64,000 nt of DNA from Candidatus Firestoneibacteriota bacterium (GTDB lineage: Bacteria; Oederibacteriota; Muellerivitia; Muellerivitales; Muellerivitaceae). The stretch spans positions 13,944-77,943 of the forward strand of contig JABDGD010000006.1 of NCBI GenBank assembly GCA_013286205.1. Direction: 5' to 3'. The notes below the pieces were generated by a model. It was not told the DNA's origin, made no database searches, and saw only the letters and a list, made by a program, of their open reading frames with translations. The position numbers and the translations under genes were made by a program. Below are positions 9,311-18,271 of the stretch, piece by piece; position 1 is the stretch's first letter; each line of letters starts with the position of its first letter.

Positions 9311-11335
9311 TTATTGTTTGCCGGGCCATTGGTAGCCAACCGCATTTAAGCTTTTAAGGAATGAGGGTGTGAAGGGTTGCCGCACCAATCCCTTTTCTTT
9401 ATCGTAAACAAAAATATCTTGAAGAACGATAACGTCGCCTTCCATCCCTTGAACCTCAGATATTTGCGTAACGGATCTTTTTCCGTCGGGCAGCCGTGTT
9501 TGCTGTACCACCACCTCAACTGCCCTTGAAATTTGTTCTCTAATTGCCTTTAACGGCAGATCGACACCCGCAAATAAGCACATTGTTTCTAAACGTGAAA
9601 TGACATCGCGGGCCGTATTGGCGTGTGCGGTTGTCATGGAGCCGTCATGACCGGTATTCATCGCTTGAAGCATATCCAAAGCTTCGCCTCCGCGGCACTC
9701 ACCCACAACAATCCGATCGGGGCGCATTCTCAACGCGTTGATGACCAAATCGCGGATAGATATGTGGCCCTTTCCTTCAAGATTGGCAGGCCTGCTTTCT
9801 AACCGAACAACGTGATCTTGCGATAGCTGAAGTTCGGCGGAGTCCTCAATTGTGACAATGCGCTCTGTTTCGGGAATGAAATTAGAAAGAATATTTAAAA
9901 GTGTAGTCTTGCCCGAGCCTGTACCGCCTGAAACAACTATGTTTTTTCGAGCTTTTACGCAAGCACCCAAAAAGTCGGATGCTTCTGAGGTGAGGGAACC
10001 AAATCGAATGAGGTCATCGACGGTGAGCTTGTTTTTAGAAAACTTTCGAATGGTGAGTATGGGCCCGTTCAAACTAATTGGAGGAATGACGGCGTTCACG
10101 CGCGATCCATCTAGAAGTCTGCCGTCGACATAGGGCTGACTTTCGTCCAGCCGGCGGCCGATGGGTGACAATATTCTTTCGATAGATGTTCTGAGTTGCT
10201 GATCGTCGATGAAACGCACGTCGCTTAACTCGAGTCGCCCCTTTTTTTCGACAAATATTTGATGTGGGCCGTTAGCCATGATTTCAGAGACCTCGTTGTT
10301 ACGAAGCAAGTGCTCCAGCGGACCAAGTCCAAAAGCTAAGTTTAATGTTTCGGAGACTAAGTGTTGTTTTGTTTCTCGATCATCAATGTTCATTTCTGAA
10401 ATTAGATTATTCAGTATCTCTTTTGCTTGAGGTTCCAGTGTGTCTCTGTGGAAAGTAACATTCTTTTGAGAGTCGTTTAATGCGCCGGTTTTTCTCAAGT
10501 TTTCCAACAACTTTTGATGAAGTTCGTGAATTTCTTGTAACGAAATTTTTAAGGTTTTTGGTTCCGAAGACGGTTGTACAGCATTGTTGGTTTCTGCTTT
10601 TTCTTTGGTATTTATAATCTTATCAAGAATCGTTGAAATGCTTTTTTCGATATTGTTAGGGACGGGTTTTCCTTCTAATAAATCAAATGATAAATCGTTG
10701 CCAAGAAAGGGGATGTTTCCTAAGTTGTTGAATTTTTCTGAAAGTAGTTGCGTATCTTTCGGTGTTGTTTGGATTGTTTGTGTTTGGTTGAAAAGTAGTC
10801 CGAATTTTTTTGAGGTTAAATGAAAGTCCGTTAAGCGTTTTTCTGTTTTTTTAAGCGATACAAGCGAAGAGTGCTCTAACGATGAAACTATTATGTTCTG
10901 ATCGCTTATTTCAAAAATCCTTAATTGTTGATCCTGCGGGAATGAAGAAAGATCGATAATTGCATAGTCGAAATATTCAGAGATTTTTGAAATCAAGTTT
11001 AAGGTTTCATCGAGGTTCTTGTCAGGGTTATTACTTTGAGTGATAGGTATATAGCTTAAGTTTTCGTTGGAGATGAAATATTTTTCAATCAACTTGGCGT
11101 TGAGGTGTGATGCGTATGGAATTAACTGGTCAAGTGAATGAGTTGGTATTGGTAAAGGTAGATACGAAAATAACATCGATTGCTGAAATTGTGTCCCATC
11201 AATTATGGCGACTTTTAAGTTTTTCTTTTTTGCAAGAATAAGCGCCATTAGAGCGGCTAAGGTGGAGCAACCGACGCCGCCTTTAGATCCAATGATAGAA
11301 AGAATTGTGCGGTTTAGGGTTGATCCCATACCCAA
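9311..11335 (-). CDS. Fused TadZ/CpaE-like (ParA/MinD-type) domain plus TadA/CpaF secretion ATPase
   Basis: N-terminus: IIGSKGGVGCSTLAAL deviant Walker A (Cys where Lys is usual). C-terminal half: VVSGGTGSGKTTLLN Walker A, RIVTIEDSAEL, RMRPDRIVVGECRGGEA and TGHDGSMTTAHAN boxes of T2SS-E/CpaF ATPases. Confidence 0.85.
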   Translation of the reverse strand: MGMGSTLNRTILSIIGSKGGVGCSTLAALMALILAKKKNLKVAIIDGTQFQQSMLFSYLPLPIPTHSLDQLIPYASHLNAKLIEKYFISNENLSYIPITQSNNPDKNLDETLNLISKISEYFDYAIIDLSSFPQDQQLRIFEISDQNIIVSSLEHSSLVSLKKTEKRLTDFHLTSKKFGLLFNQTQTIQTTPKDTQLLSEKFNNLGNIPFLGNDLSFDLLEGKPVPNNIEKSISTILDKIINTKEKAETNNAVQPSSEPKTLKISLQEIHELHQKLLENLRKTGALNDSQKNVTFHRDTLEPQAKEILNNLISEMNIDDRETKQHLVSETLNLAFGLGPLEHLLRNNEVSEIMANGPHQIFVEKKGRLELSDVRFIDDQQLRTSIERILSPIGRRLDESQPYVDGRLLDGSRVNAVIPPISLNGPILTIRKFSKNKLTVDDLIRFGSLTSEASDFLGACVKARKNIVVSGGTGSGKTTLLNILSNFIPETERIVTIEDSAELQLSQDHVVRLESRPANLEGKGHISIRDLVINALRMRPDRIVVGECRGGEALDMLQAMNTGHDGSMTTAHANTARDVISRLETMCLFAGVDLPLKAIREQISRAVEVVVQQTRLPDGKRSVTQISEVQGMEGDVIVLQDIFVYDKEKGLVRQPFTPSFLKSLNAVGYQWPGKQ

Positions 11336-11673
11336 ACTTCCCAGTAGCCGCTTTCAGATGTGTTTTCGTGATAGGTGGCATTTCTAACAACGCCCTTAGA
11401 ATCCTGAAATACAAATTTGTGAAGAACTTCGTGATTTAGGGCCGAAATTTCTGATTGATATTGAATCACTTTTCCCCAGGCGGGATCAGTGGCGGGTTTG
11501 TGTATGACTATTGCGGATGAAGGGTCTTTGTGGCTATTGGATTTGTTTTCAATCGCGTCTGAGTCTGTAACTGTCGGAGTGGCGACTTCGCGCGCGAATA
11601 GAGGTTTGTTAAGAAGTGAGAATGTCATTACGAATAAAAGGGAAGTGATAACAAAGCGAATTGAAGTTTTCAT
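11314..11673 (-). CDS. Hypothetical secreted protein
   Basis: Signal peptide MKTSIRFVITSLLFVMTFSLLNKPLFA. Same strand as the ATPase gene and overlaps its start. No recognised domain. Confidence 0.55.
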   Translation of the reverse strand: MKTSIRFVITSLLFVMTFSLLNKPLFAREVATPTVTDSDAIENKSNSHKDPSSAIVIHKPATDPAWGKVIQYQSEISALNHEVLHKFVFQDSKGVVRNATYHENTSESGYWEVWVWDQP

Positions 11674-11677
11674 TAAA

Positions 11678-12799
11678 TTACATGCCCGGTTCGGCAGGAA
11701 GACTTTCGATCAGATTAGTAAAGGTGTCGGTATAAGGGTTATAGCCAGTCACTTGAAAAAGATTTGCCAAAGTCAAAACCAATGTCGGATCTTTATATGT
11801 TTTTGGAAGTTCAGGTTTTTCCGTGAGCATAGGAGGCTTTAATCCGGTGCCAGGCATGCTACCGCGAGAATTGAAAGCCAATATTGAGGAAGTTGAGAGC
11901 TCGTCTTTGGAAGAACTGACGAATTGTTTGGTTCTGGCAATGAATTTGGGTTTTAAGTTTTGAACGTCATCATACATATCAAAGAATTCATAGAGCTTGT
12001 CGTTTTGCCAGTTATAAAACATTCTCTCGCAAATGACTTTTGAAAACTGCTTCTTTTCGGTGGTTGATAACGAGGAATAAAAGTCCGCAGGGTGTCCGTA
12101 TTTATTCACCGGGGCTTTTTCATCCGCCCAGAGAATTTTGATGGGTTGATTTAACATCACGTCTAATTTTTGTTTAGCGGCAAGAGTGTCGGAAGAAGTT
12201 GGCTGAATTTGCATGAGGATTTTATAAAGGCCAAATCCCAGCTTGAAGTTAATTTTTTTGATTTTGTAGCCAGCGGGAACACTTTCTTTCCATACGTCGG
12301 CCCCTTTTTCGTCCACTGCGCTGTCTTTGTACCGATAGTAATCCCAATTGGTTTGCAAAGTTGAAACCTGGTCTATTAAGAAAGTCGCAAAGCGAGAAAC
12401 GTATCCCTTTTTAATCGCGGGAGAGTTGGGCCATCTTTTCGCCAAAAGGTCCAAACCTTTGACACAACCGTCGTAATCACCAGTTCTGAAGGCGCATTGG
12501 GAATAATAATAAAGTGAGTTTCCGTTAATGATGGGTTGCATGGAAGCCGCGGCTAATTTTCTAAACAAGTCTTTGGCCTGGTCGAATTTTCGAGCCTCAT
12601 ATAAGGAGTAGGCGTAATTGTAGGCAATGATTAATTGCTGGGTTTGAGGGTCAACTGGCGCGGCGGCTTGGGGGGCAGGTTGCGCGGGTGCGGGAGCAGC
12701 GGGCGCCGCTGAGGCCACGGACGGTGCTGGCGCGGTGGCCGCAAAGAGGTTAGCGGGGATGAGGGATAAGAATAGAGCGGTAATAACAAGTTTGTTCAT
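11678..12799 (-). CDS. Secreted TPR-like protein (possible TadD analogue)
   Basis: Signal peptide from MNKLVITALFLSLIPANLFA (ATG 12799 preferred over the track start 12835). Ala/Pro-rich linker. TPR-like helices: YNYAYSLYEARKFDQAKDLF, YYYSQCAFRTGDYDGCVKGLD. Confidence 0.6.
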   Translation of the reverse strand: MNKLVITALFLSLIPANLFAATAPAPSVASAAPAAPAPAQPAPQAAAPVDPQTQQLIIAYNYAYSLYEARKFDQAKDLFRKLAAASMQPIINGNSLYYYSQCAFRTGDYDGCVKGLDLLAKRWPNSPAIKKGYVSRFATFLIDQVSTLQTNWDYYRYKDSAVDEKGADVWKESVPAGYKIKKINFKLGFGLYKILMQIQPTSSDTLAAKQKLDVMLNQPIKILWADEKAPVNKYGHPADFYSSLSTTEKKQFSKVICERMFYNWQNDKLYEFFDMYDDVQNLKPKFIARTKQFVSSSKDELSTSSILAFNSRGSMPGTGLKPPMLTEKPELPKTYKDPTLVLTLANLFQVTGYNPYTDTFTNLIESLPAEPGM

Positions 12800-12898
12800 G
12801 GGCCCATTATATTGATTTTCATGGGTTAAAATCATTTAAAATCACACGTTGTTAAGGGTTTGGCACGAAAGACTTCAGACTATTTAAGGAATTCTGAC

Positions 12899-13366
12899 AT
12901 GAGAATCGCCCAAAGAATAACGACCCCCATCTTATTTTTTATCTTAGCTGTATTGAGCATGTCATGCCGCCCTGGCTTGAAATCCGACCTGCCGGTTACC
13001 CAATTGACGGTTGATCAAAGCAAAGTTTGGGTTGAGGTGGCGAATACGGAACCAACCCGAATGGCCGGTCTTATGTTTCGCAAAGATTTAGGGTCTGATG
13101 TTGGGATGCTGTTTGTTTTTTCTGATTCTCAACAAAGGGCGTTTTGGATGAAGAATACCCTGATTCCATTAAGCATCGCCTATATGAACGAAAAAGGGGC
13201 AGTTGAAAACATTTTGGAAATGCCGCCACAAACGGAGCAATCTTTTATGTCGGCCGGGCCCGCGAAATTTGCGCTAGAAATGAACGCGGGCTGGTTTTCA
13301 AAACACGGAGTTAAACCGGGTGATGTGATTGAGGGCGTTTCCGAAGCGCCTCAAGCAAAAGAGTGA
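12899..13366 (+). CDS. DUF192 (COG1430) family protein, probable lipoprotein
   Basis: GMLFVF...FWMKNTLIPLSIAYM core typical of DUF192. Start moved to ATG 12899 (AAGGA Shine-Dalgarno 9 nt upstream), giving MRIAQRITTPILFFILAVLSMSC. Confidence 0.7.
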   Translation: MRIAQRITTPILFFILAVLSMSCRPGLKSDLPVTQLTVDQSKVWVEVANTEPTRMAGLMFRKDLGSDVGMLFVFSDSQQRAFWMKNTLIPLSIAYMNEKGAVENILEMPPQTEQSFMSAGPAKFALEMNAGWFSKHGVKPGDVIEGVSEAPQAKE

Positions 13367-13368
13367 TG

Positions 13369-14355
13369 TTAACTGTTGCTTTCGCCGATTAGTTTGGGCG
13401 TTACAAATATGACTAATTCAGTCTGAGTTTTTTCGTCATCCGTATACTTGAACAGCTCTCCGAGGATAGGAATGTCGCTAATCAGAGGAATTCCAGAAGT
13501 AGTTTTTTGATTTTGCTCATCGATTAATCCGGCGATAACGAGTGTATTTCCACTCTTCATATAGACGGAAGTTTCGGCCCAACGCGTTTTCAAAGCGGGA
13601 ATACTAATTCCACTGCTGACAATTCCATTGGCATTATCAATTTCACTGACTTCGGCGCGGAGACTGGCGTTAATGTTTTCAGATCCGTCGATCGTCGGTT
13701 TGATTTTCAGCTTTATTCCATAAGGTTTCCATTCCACGTTCGTAGCGCCAACTTTATTCTCAGTTGCATATGGAATTTCGCCGCCAGCTAAAAAGCTTGC
13801 TTCTTCTCCGCTGACAGTAAGCAATTTTGGTTTTGATAATATTTTTGCTTTGCCTCTGTTAATCAACAATTCGAGGTTTGCGGTTAGCGATTCCCGTGTA
13901 AATGATCCTAGTGATACCAGTGATGGGGGAGTGTTTTCGGATATAGCAATGTTGTTAGAGGTGGTAGATGTTGACCCATTTGCGGATGTTACTGATCCCC
14001 AGCTCAAACCCGCTTTTAACGCGCTCTGTGAATCGATTTCCATTATCTCGACGCCAACTTCAATCATTGGCTTTTTTGACGAGTGTGAAGAAACGATCAC
14101 TGAATGGGTCTCTTTTTCCCCCGAAACAGAAGTGTAGGTAATTTTGGTAGCGCCTGCCGATTTTCCGGAAATTAAAATCTCATCATCGTTTATTGATTTA
14201 AATGTCACGATTTCTGAATCGTCAACCGTAGTTTGGTCGGCGTTTTGCACTCGAATCAGTTTTGAATCGCCGGAACTCAATCTGATGGCATCGGATTCTG
14301 CGCAAACAAAGTTGCATGTCAAAAAGATGAGAACAGCTAACGCTAACTTTTTCAT
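13369..14355 (-). CDS. Secretin, CpaC/RcpA family (short, 328 aa)
   Basis: Signal peptide. N-terminal pilus-formation/BON-like segment (IRLSSGDSKLIRV...ISGKSAGATKITY). C-terminal secretin signature GIPLISDIPILGELFKY...ELVIFVTPKLI. Confidence 0.85.
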   Translation of the reverse strand: MKKLALAVLIFLTCNFVCAESDAIRLSSGDSKLIRVQNADQTTVDDSEIVTFKSINDDEILISGKSAGATKITYTSVSGEKETHSVIVSSHSSKKPMIEVGVEIMEIDSQSALKAGLSWGSVTSANGSTSTTSNNIAISENTPPSLVSLGSFTRESLTANLELLINRGKAKILSKPKLLTVSGEEASFLAGGEIPYATENKVGATNVEWKPYGIKLKIKPTIDGSENINASLRAEVSEIDNANGIVSSGISIPALKTRWAETSVYMKSGNTLVIAGLIDEQNQKTTSGIPLISDIPILGELFKYTDDEKTQTELVIFVTPKLIGESNS

Positions 14356-15095
14356 TACTTTTCCTTTTCTGAGGCGGCCTTATTGCTCGGCGTAAAATGT
14401 CCAATTTTTGAAATGACTTCAGAATCACTTTTAGCTGAAATGGAAACGATTTCGTCATCGTTAGGTGCTCTGAGTAACAAGCGAATAGGTTGCCCATCTA
14501 AATACATTAACGTTTCGGCTTGATCTGGAGTTACGGCTAAGGTCACTGTGCTGTAGGATTCGGGAGAAGTTGAATTTTTTTGTTCATTTTGGGCCAGTTT
14601 TTGACCTGTCGCTAATACCTCTATGTTTTGAAACACAAAAGAAGTTATTAGCCGTTTGTTGGAAGTGATTTTGGCCATGATATCAACGTGGTTGCCGGGG
14701 TGGATTAAGTCACTCACGCCGCTGGTTTCATTGACTTCCAATGTATAGGCGCGTAATCCATTGTTCAAGTTGAGTGCCAGCGAATTACCGCTGTAGCCAA
14801 ATTTATTGGAAAGAATTTGTTCGCCTGCTGAAATGGGGACCAAGGTTAACAGGTTGGAAACTTCTTTAATGTTTTGGATGGCACTGGGGCTGACATAGGA
14901 TTCTGGCACCGATTTTTTTTGAACCATGTCAGCCGTCAAAATATTTCCGGCGGGTATATACCGGGCCGCCACCAATATTTCGATAGGCGTGGTTTTTTTG
15001 TCGATTTCCGATGTTTTTTGAAACAATAAAAAGAAAGCCAGTAGGCCAGCGGCTAAGCCAACAATCAAAGCGATAAGGGCGGGTTTGTTTTTCAT
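14355..15095 (-). CDS. Flp pilus assembly protein CpaB/RcpC
   Basis: N-terminal TM segment, then a SAF-like segment ILVAARYIPAGNILTADMVQKKSVP. Stop overlaps the secretin start (TAATG). Confidence 0.8.
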   Translation of the reverse strand: MKNKPALIALIVGLAAGLLAFFLLFQKTSEIDKKTTPIEILVAARYIPAGNILTADMVQKKSVPESYVSPSAIQNIKEVSNLLTLVPISAGEQILSNKFGYSGNSLALNLNNGLRAYTLEVNETSGVSDLIHPGNHVDIMAKITSNKRLITSFVFQNIEVLATGQKLAQNEQKNSTSPESYSTVTLAVTPDQAETLMYLDGQPIRLLLRAPNDDEIVSISAKSDSEVISKIGHFTPSNKAASEKEK

Positions 15096-15121
15096 TTTAA
15101 GCCTTTCAAAAAAATCACTGA

Positions 15122-15844
15122 TTAAATCCGGTTTATACTTACTAACGAAATGGAATTGTTCAATTCCTCTTGATTGAATACGACGAGGATTTTATTTTTT
15201 TTATCGGAAAGAAGAAACACTTTTTTGCCTTTTTCTTCACTAATAAGGGTTTGTGTAAACCCCTTGTTAGCACAAGCTGTGTTGAAGACATGGAAGGGTT
15301 CCTCGGAATGAGGTAAAAGGATAACTCCGATATGTAAGCTTTGAAGTTTTAAATCAAAAAGGGCAGTGTTTGTTGAGGGAGGCGGGACGGGGAACTTCCA
15401 ATTTGATTTTGCCCCATTACTGTTAAACGCGGTTTTTGGAAAGTCGCTTGTAACGCCATAAGTGGCATCGGTATCTTTGGACTGCCAAAGTCCCAGGGTT
15501 CGATAAAGCCCTCCCTTTTCAAAAGCTTTTATTTGAACTTGGTTTGAAAGATCAACGTCTTTACTTAGCGAACCCAAAAGAACTGAAGTTAAATCAATAC
15601 CGTCATTCAGGGGTATCCAGTTATCCTTGGTCCAGCTCTGCGTTATCAAGGGGAGCAAATCGGTTAATTGGCCCTGATTTATCCAGAAGTCGGTTTTTTG
15701 TTTTTGTCCGTTAAGATCATTTTCGGTTCGAGAGATTAACTGTGGATCAAATCGTAATGGGGAACTGATCAGTGCCCAGCTGATGACGGTGCCACTTAAC
15801 ACGAATAAGAAAATGAATGTTCCCCAAAACCATTTTTGTTTCAT
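15122..15844 (-). CDS. Hypothetical single-pass membrane protein in the pilus operon
   Basis: Start reassigned to ATG 15844 (MKQKWFWGTFIFLFVLSGTVISWALI). This forms an ATGA overlap with the upstream TadE-like gene. No recognised domain. Confidence 0.5.
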   Translation of the reverse strand: MKQKWFWGTFIFLFVLSGTVISWALISSPLRFDPQLISRTENDLNGQKQKTDFWINQGQLTDLLPLITQSWTKDNWIPLNDGIDLTSVLLGSLSKDVDLSNQVQIKAFEKGGLYRTLGLWQSKDTDATYGVTSDFPKTAFNSNGAKSNWKFPVPPPSTNTALFDLKLQSLHIGVILLPHSEEPFHVFNTACANKGFTQTLISEEKGKKVFLLSDKKNKILVVFNQEELNNSISLVSINRI

Positions 15845-16326
15845 GCAGGATACCGGAGCGCAGTCAATTGTGTTTGAAAACCAATACCGTTGGGAAGAAC
15901 AAAGGCTGGCAGGAAGGGTGGTTGGCAATTGATTGAAATTGTCCATGTTTGACCTTCGTAATTGATAAGGTAAGAGCGGAGTTTGGCGGCCCAGGGGCCA
16001 AACGAATCAATTTTTTGTGTCAAGCTATCAACCAAAGTTGGTTGTGGAGGTTCAGTGTTGAGAGTAAGACTGTCTCTTTTAAAGTATTTTTGATAAACGC
16101 CTAATTTATCCCAGATATCTTGGTTGATCGCATCGGGGTTACTGACGAGTCCGGCATCATACTCTCTGGCTACATCGCCACAAGTTTTTTCGAAAGCAAT
16201 TCGGGCTTGAAATAAAATGATTAATTGAATGATGCCTGCCAACATTAAAACCAAAAGTGGTATTACTAAAATCATTTCAGTTAATGCCTGTCCTTTTTCC
16301 TGAGGTCTCTTAAATAAGATCATCAA
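15841..16326 (-). CDS. TadE-like pseudopilin
   Basis: N-terminus KGQALTEMILVIPLLVLMLAGIIQL matches the TadE N-terminal hydrophobic domain. Confidence 0.75.
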   Translation of the reverse strand: MMILFKRPQEKGQALTEMILVIPLLVLMLAGIIQLIILFQARIAFEKTCGDVAREYDAGLVSNPDAINQDIWDKLGVYQKYFKRDSLTLNTEPPQPTLVDSLTQKIDSFGPWAAKLRSYLINYEGQTWTISINCQPPFLPAFVLPNGIGFQTQLTALRYPA

Positions 16327-17440
16327 TAGCCTTCTTAAATAAGTTTTGCAAGTTTAGAAGATTCCCCAATTGACTCAAAATGGATTGGATGCCCATCTCT
16401 TTTGCCAGCTCGATTGGATCAGTAGGGGACAGGAATGCGCTGTAGTGAGGATCGCTTACTTTCCAAGCTTCCAAACCACTGCCGGAGACTGTTACCTGGC
16501 CCAGTGTCATTATTTCAGCTTTATTACCACTGGGATCTGCGATAGAAGTGGGATATGAACCGAAAACGAAAATATTGTGCAAAGGTGGGTCGTCTCTATC
16601 CGTTACATCTAGCTTTAAGGCAGTTAAAGCGTTGATTGTGTTGGCGAGTTTAGCCAACTTTTCAGATCCAGGAATCTTAATTTCTGTGACGAATTTGTAT
16701 TGATTCTCGAGGCCTGGTTTTACCCGGTAGCTTGCACCTCGAGAACCTGGAGCTAATTCAACTTGATCCTCGGTATAGGTGAATACTTTGCCGTCAGTTA
16801 CCCGCGTGAATTGGTAGAATTTTTTTGGTTTCAGCATGGTTAGAAAGCTTCCGTCTCGGAATTTGAGAGCCATGTTGGGGATCAATGCTTGTGTTGTTTT
16901 GGGTCCGATGGATAGGATGTTGAAAAATAGGATGGGGGAAGGTAGTGAGGTCGGGAGTTTCCAGTTGTTGGGACTGAAGCCGGGCCAGGTGCTTTTTAAA
17001 CCATTTTGGCCGGCGATTGAAAATGTCTCGACGGTGATGAGAAGGGGATATAGACCGGGAAGTTTGGTGGTAATACCAAAAAGGAGGTCTTGTACTTTTT
17101 GAACTGCTTTTACGAACGCGAGGGGATCAAAATCAAGAGTGAATAAAGAACCCAAAGCTACAAGTTCGCCAACGCCAGTAGCAAGGAGTGCGGCGCTCGC
17201 AAGCGCTGTAGCAATAACAATCATGTTGGAAAGTCGAACCACCTGCATTCCATTGGCGTAAACCGCGCCAGCTGCAAGAACGGTTAGGTTTGAGGCTCGA
17301 GTGGCTCGCTCCTTAGCCGAGTAAAGAAGTCCGGATTTAAATAAACCTAAAAAAAGTGCAATGAAAATGAAGCAAAAAAGCAAAGTGGCTAGTAGAACTT
17401 GGCCGGAAGGTTTTCGAGACCAATCTTTAAGACGGATCAT
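16310..17440 (-). CDS. TadG-like pilus assembly protein
   Basis: N-terminus KPSGQVLLATLLFCFIFIALFLGLF...AKERATRASNLTVLAAGAVYANG resembles the TadG/Tad_N-type start. Start set to ATG 17440 (ATGA overlap with the upstream gene). Confidence 0.6.
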   Translation of the reverse strand: MIRLKDWSRKPSGQVLLATLLFCFIFIALFLGLFKSGLLYSAKERATRASNLTVLAAGAVYANGMQVVRLSNMIVIATALASAALLATGVGELVALGSLFTLDFDPLAFVKAVQKVQDLLFGITTKLPGLYPLLITVETFSIAGQNGLKSTWPGFSPNNWKLPTSLPSPILFFNILSIGPKTTQALIPNMALKFRDGSFLTMLKPKKFYQFTRVTDGKVFTYTEDQVELAPGSRGASYRVKPGLENQYKFVTEIKIPGSEKLAKLANTINALTALKLDVTDRDDPPLHNIFVFGSYPTSIADPSGNKAEIMTLGQVTVSGSGLEAWKVSDPHYSAFLSPTDPIELAKEMGIQSILSQLGNLLNLQNLFKKAIDDLI

Positions 17441-17979
17441 GTTTTGGACCCTACAAAGTTTTCGTCTAAACACCGCGCCTCAAAGGTGAACCAAATCACG
17501 TTAGGTGTGTTCTGGGGCAGGTTGAAAGAGGGAAGCTTTAAACCAATAGTTCCTAAGAAGCTTAACAAGTCATTGGATAAGCCTAAAAGTGAGCCGGCGG
17601 TATTATTCAAAGGTTGACCGAAAACATTTCCGATTATTGGCATCCATATCGGCATTGGGTAACTAACAACGGCTTTGATTATGTGATTTTGTTCTTGTAT
17701 GTCGCATTTGCAAGAAATGGCATAAATCAAAGTCGAAGCATTCAGTTTTTCAATTGGAAAAAGAGCTGTAATGATTTGAAAATGTGGTTCGAAATCAGCA
17801 GCGTCACCAGAAGCCGAGGCTTGTTGTGCGATGGCGTTGGTGGCCTTTTGAATGGCCAATGAAACGAAGCCGCAATAAAAAAGTTGAATGATTCCAAAAA
17901 AGATCAGGAAAAGAATTGGGGTGATCAAAACGAATTCTACGGCTGATTGCCCCAATTCTTTATTTTTTGAAATGTTCAA
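17437..17979 (-). CDS. TadE-like pseudopilin
   Basis: N-terminus ELGQSAVEFVLITPILFLIFFGIIQL (TadE N-terminal domain). Confidence 0.75.
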   Translation of the reverse strand: MNISKNKELGQSAVEFVLITPILFLIFFGIIQLFYCGFVSLAIQKATNAIAQQASASGDAADFEPHFQIITALFPIEKLNASTLIYAISCKCDIQEQNHIIKAVVSYPMPIWMPIIGNVFGQPLNNTAGSLLGLSNDLLSFLGTIGLKLPSFNLPQNTPNVIWFTFEARCLDENFVGSKT

Positions 17980-18029
17980 AATAAATCCATGTCAATTGGT
18001 TGATTTTAAAATTGGCTAGAGTTCATGAT

Positions 18030-18254
18030 TTAGTGAGTTACCGCAGCACTCCCGCCATTTACGACCGAACCAATTGCTCCTGCCGCGGTGCTGCCAGAAG
18101 TGTTGCCCGTCACTTGTGCGGCGGCGCTATTGAATCCCGTTGACACGCTGGTCCCGAAAATCCTAACCGCTGCGATTACGGCAACTGCGATCAAAGCCAC
18201 GATCAAAATATACTCTGTCATTCCTTGGCCAGATTGTTTTTTGTTTAGTCTCAT
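18030..18254 (-). CDS. flp: Flp-family type IVb pilin (74 aa)
   Basis: KKQSG|QGMTEYILIVALIAVAVIAAV Flp motif (G/XXXXEY plus hydrophobic helix). AAGGAG Shine-Dalgarno 7 nt upstream. Gly/Ser/Ala/Thr-rich C-terminal tail. Confidence 0.85.
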   Translation of the reverse strand: MRLNKKQSGQGMTEYILIVALIAVAVIAAVRIFGTSVSTGFNSAAAQVTGNTSGSTAAGAIGSVVNGGSAAVTH

Positions 18255-18271
18255 TTCAAACTCCTTTTAAA

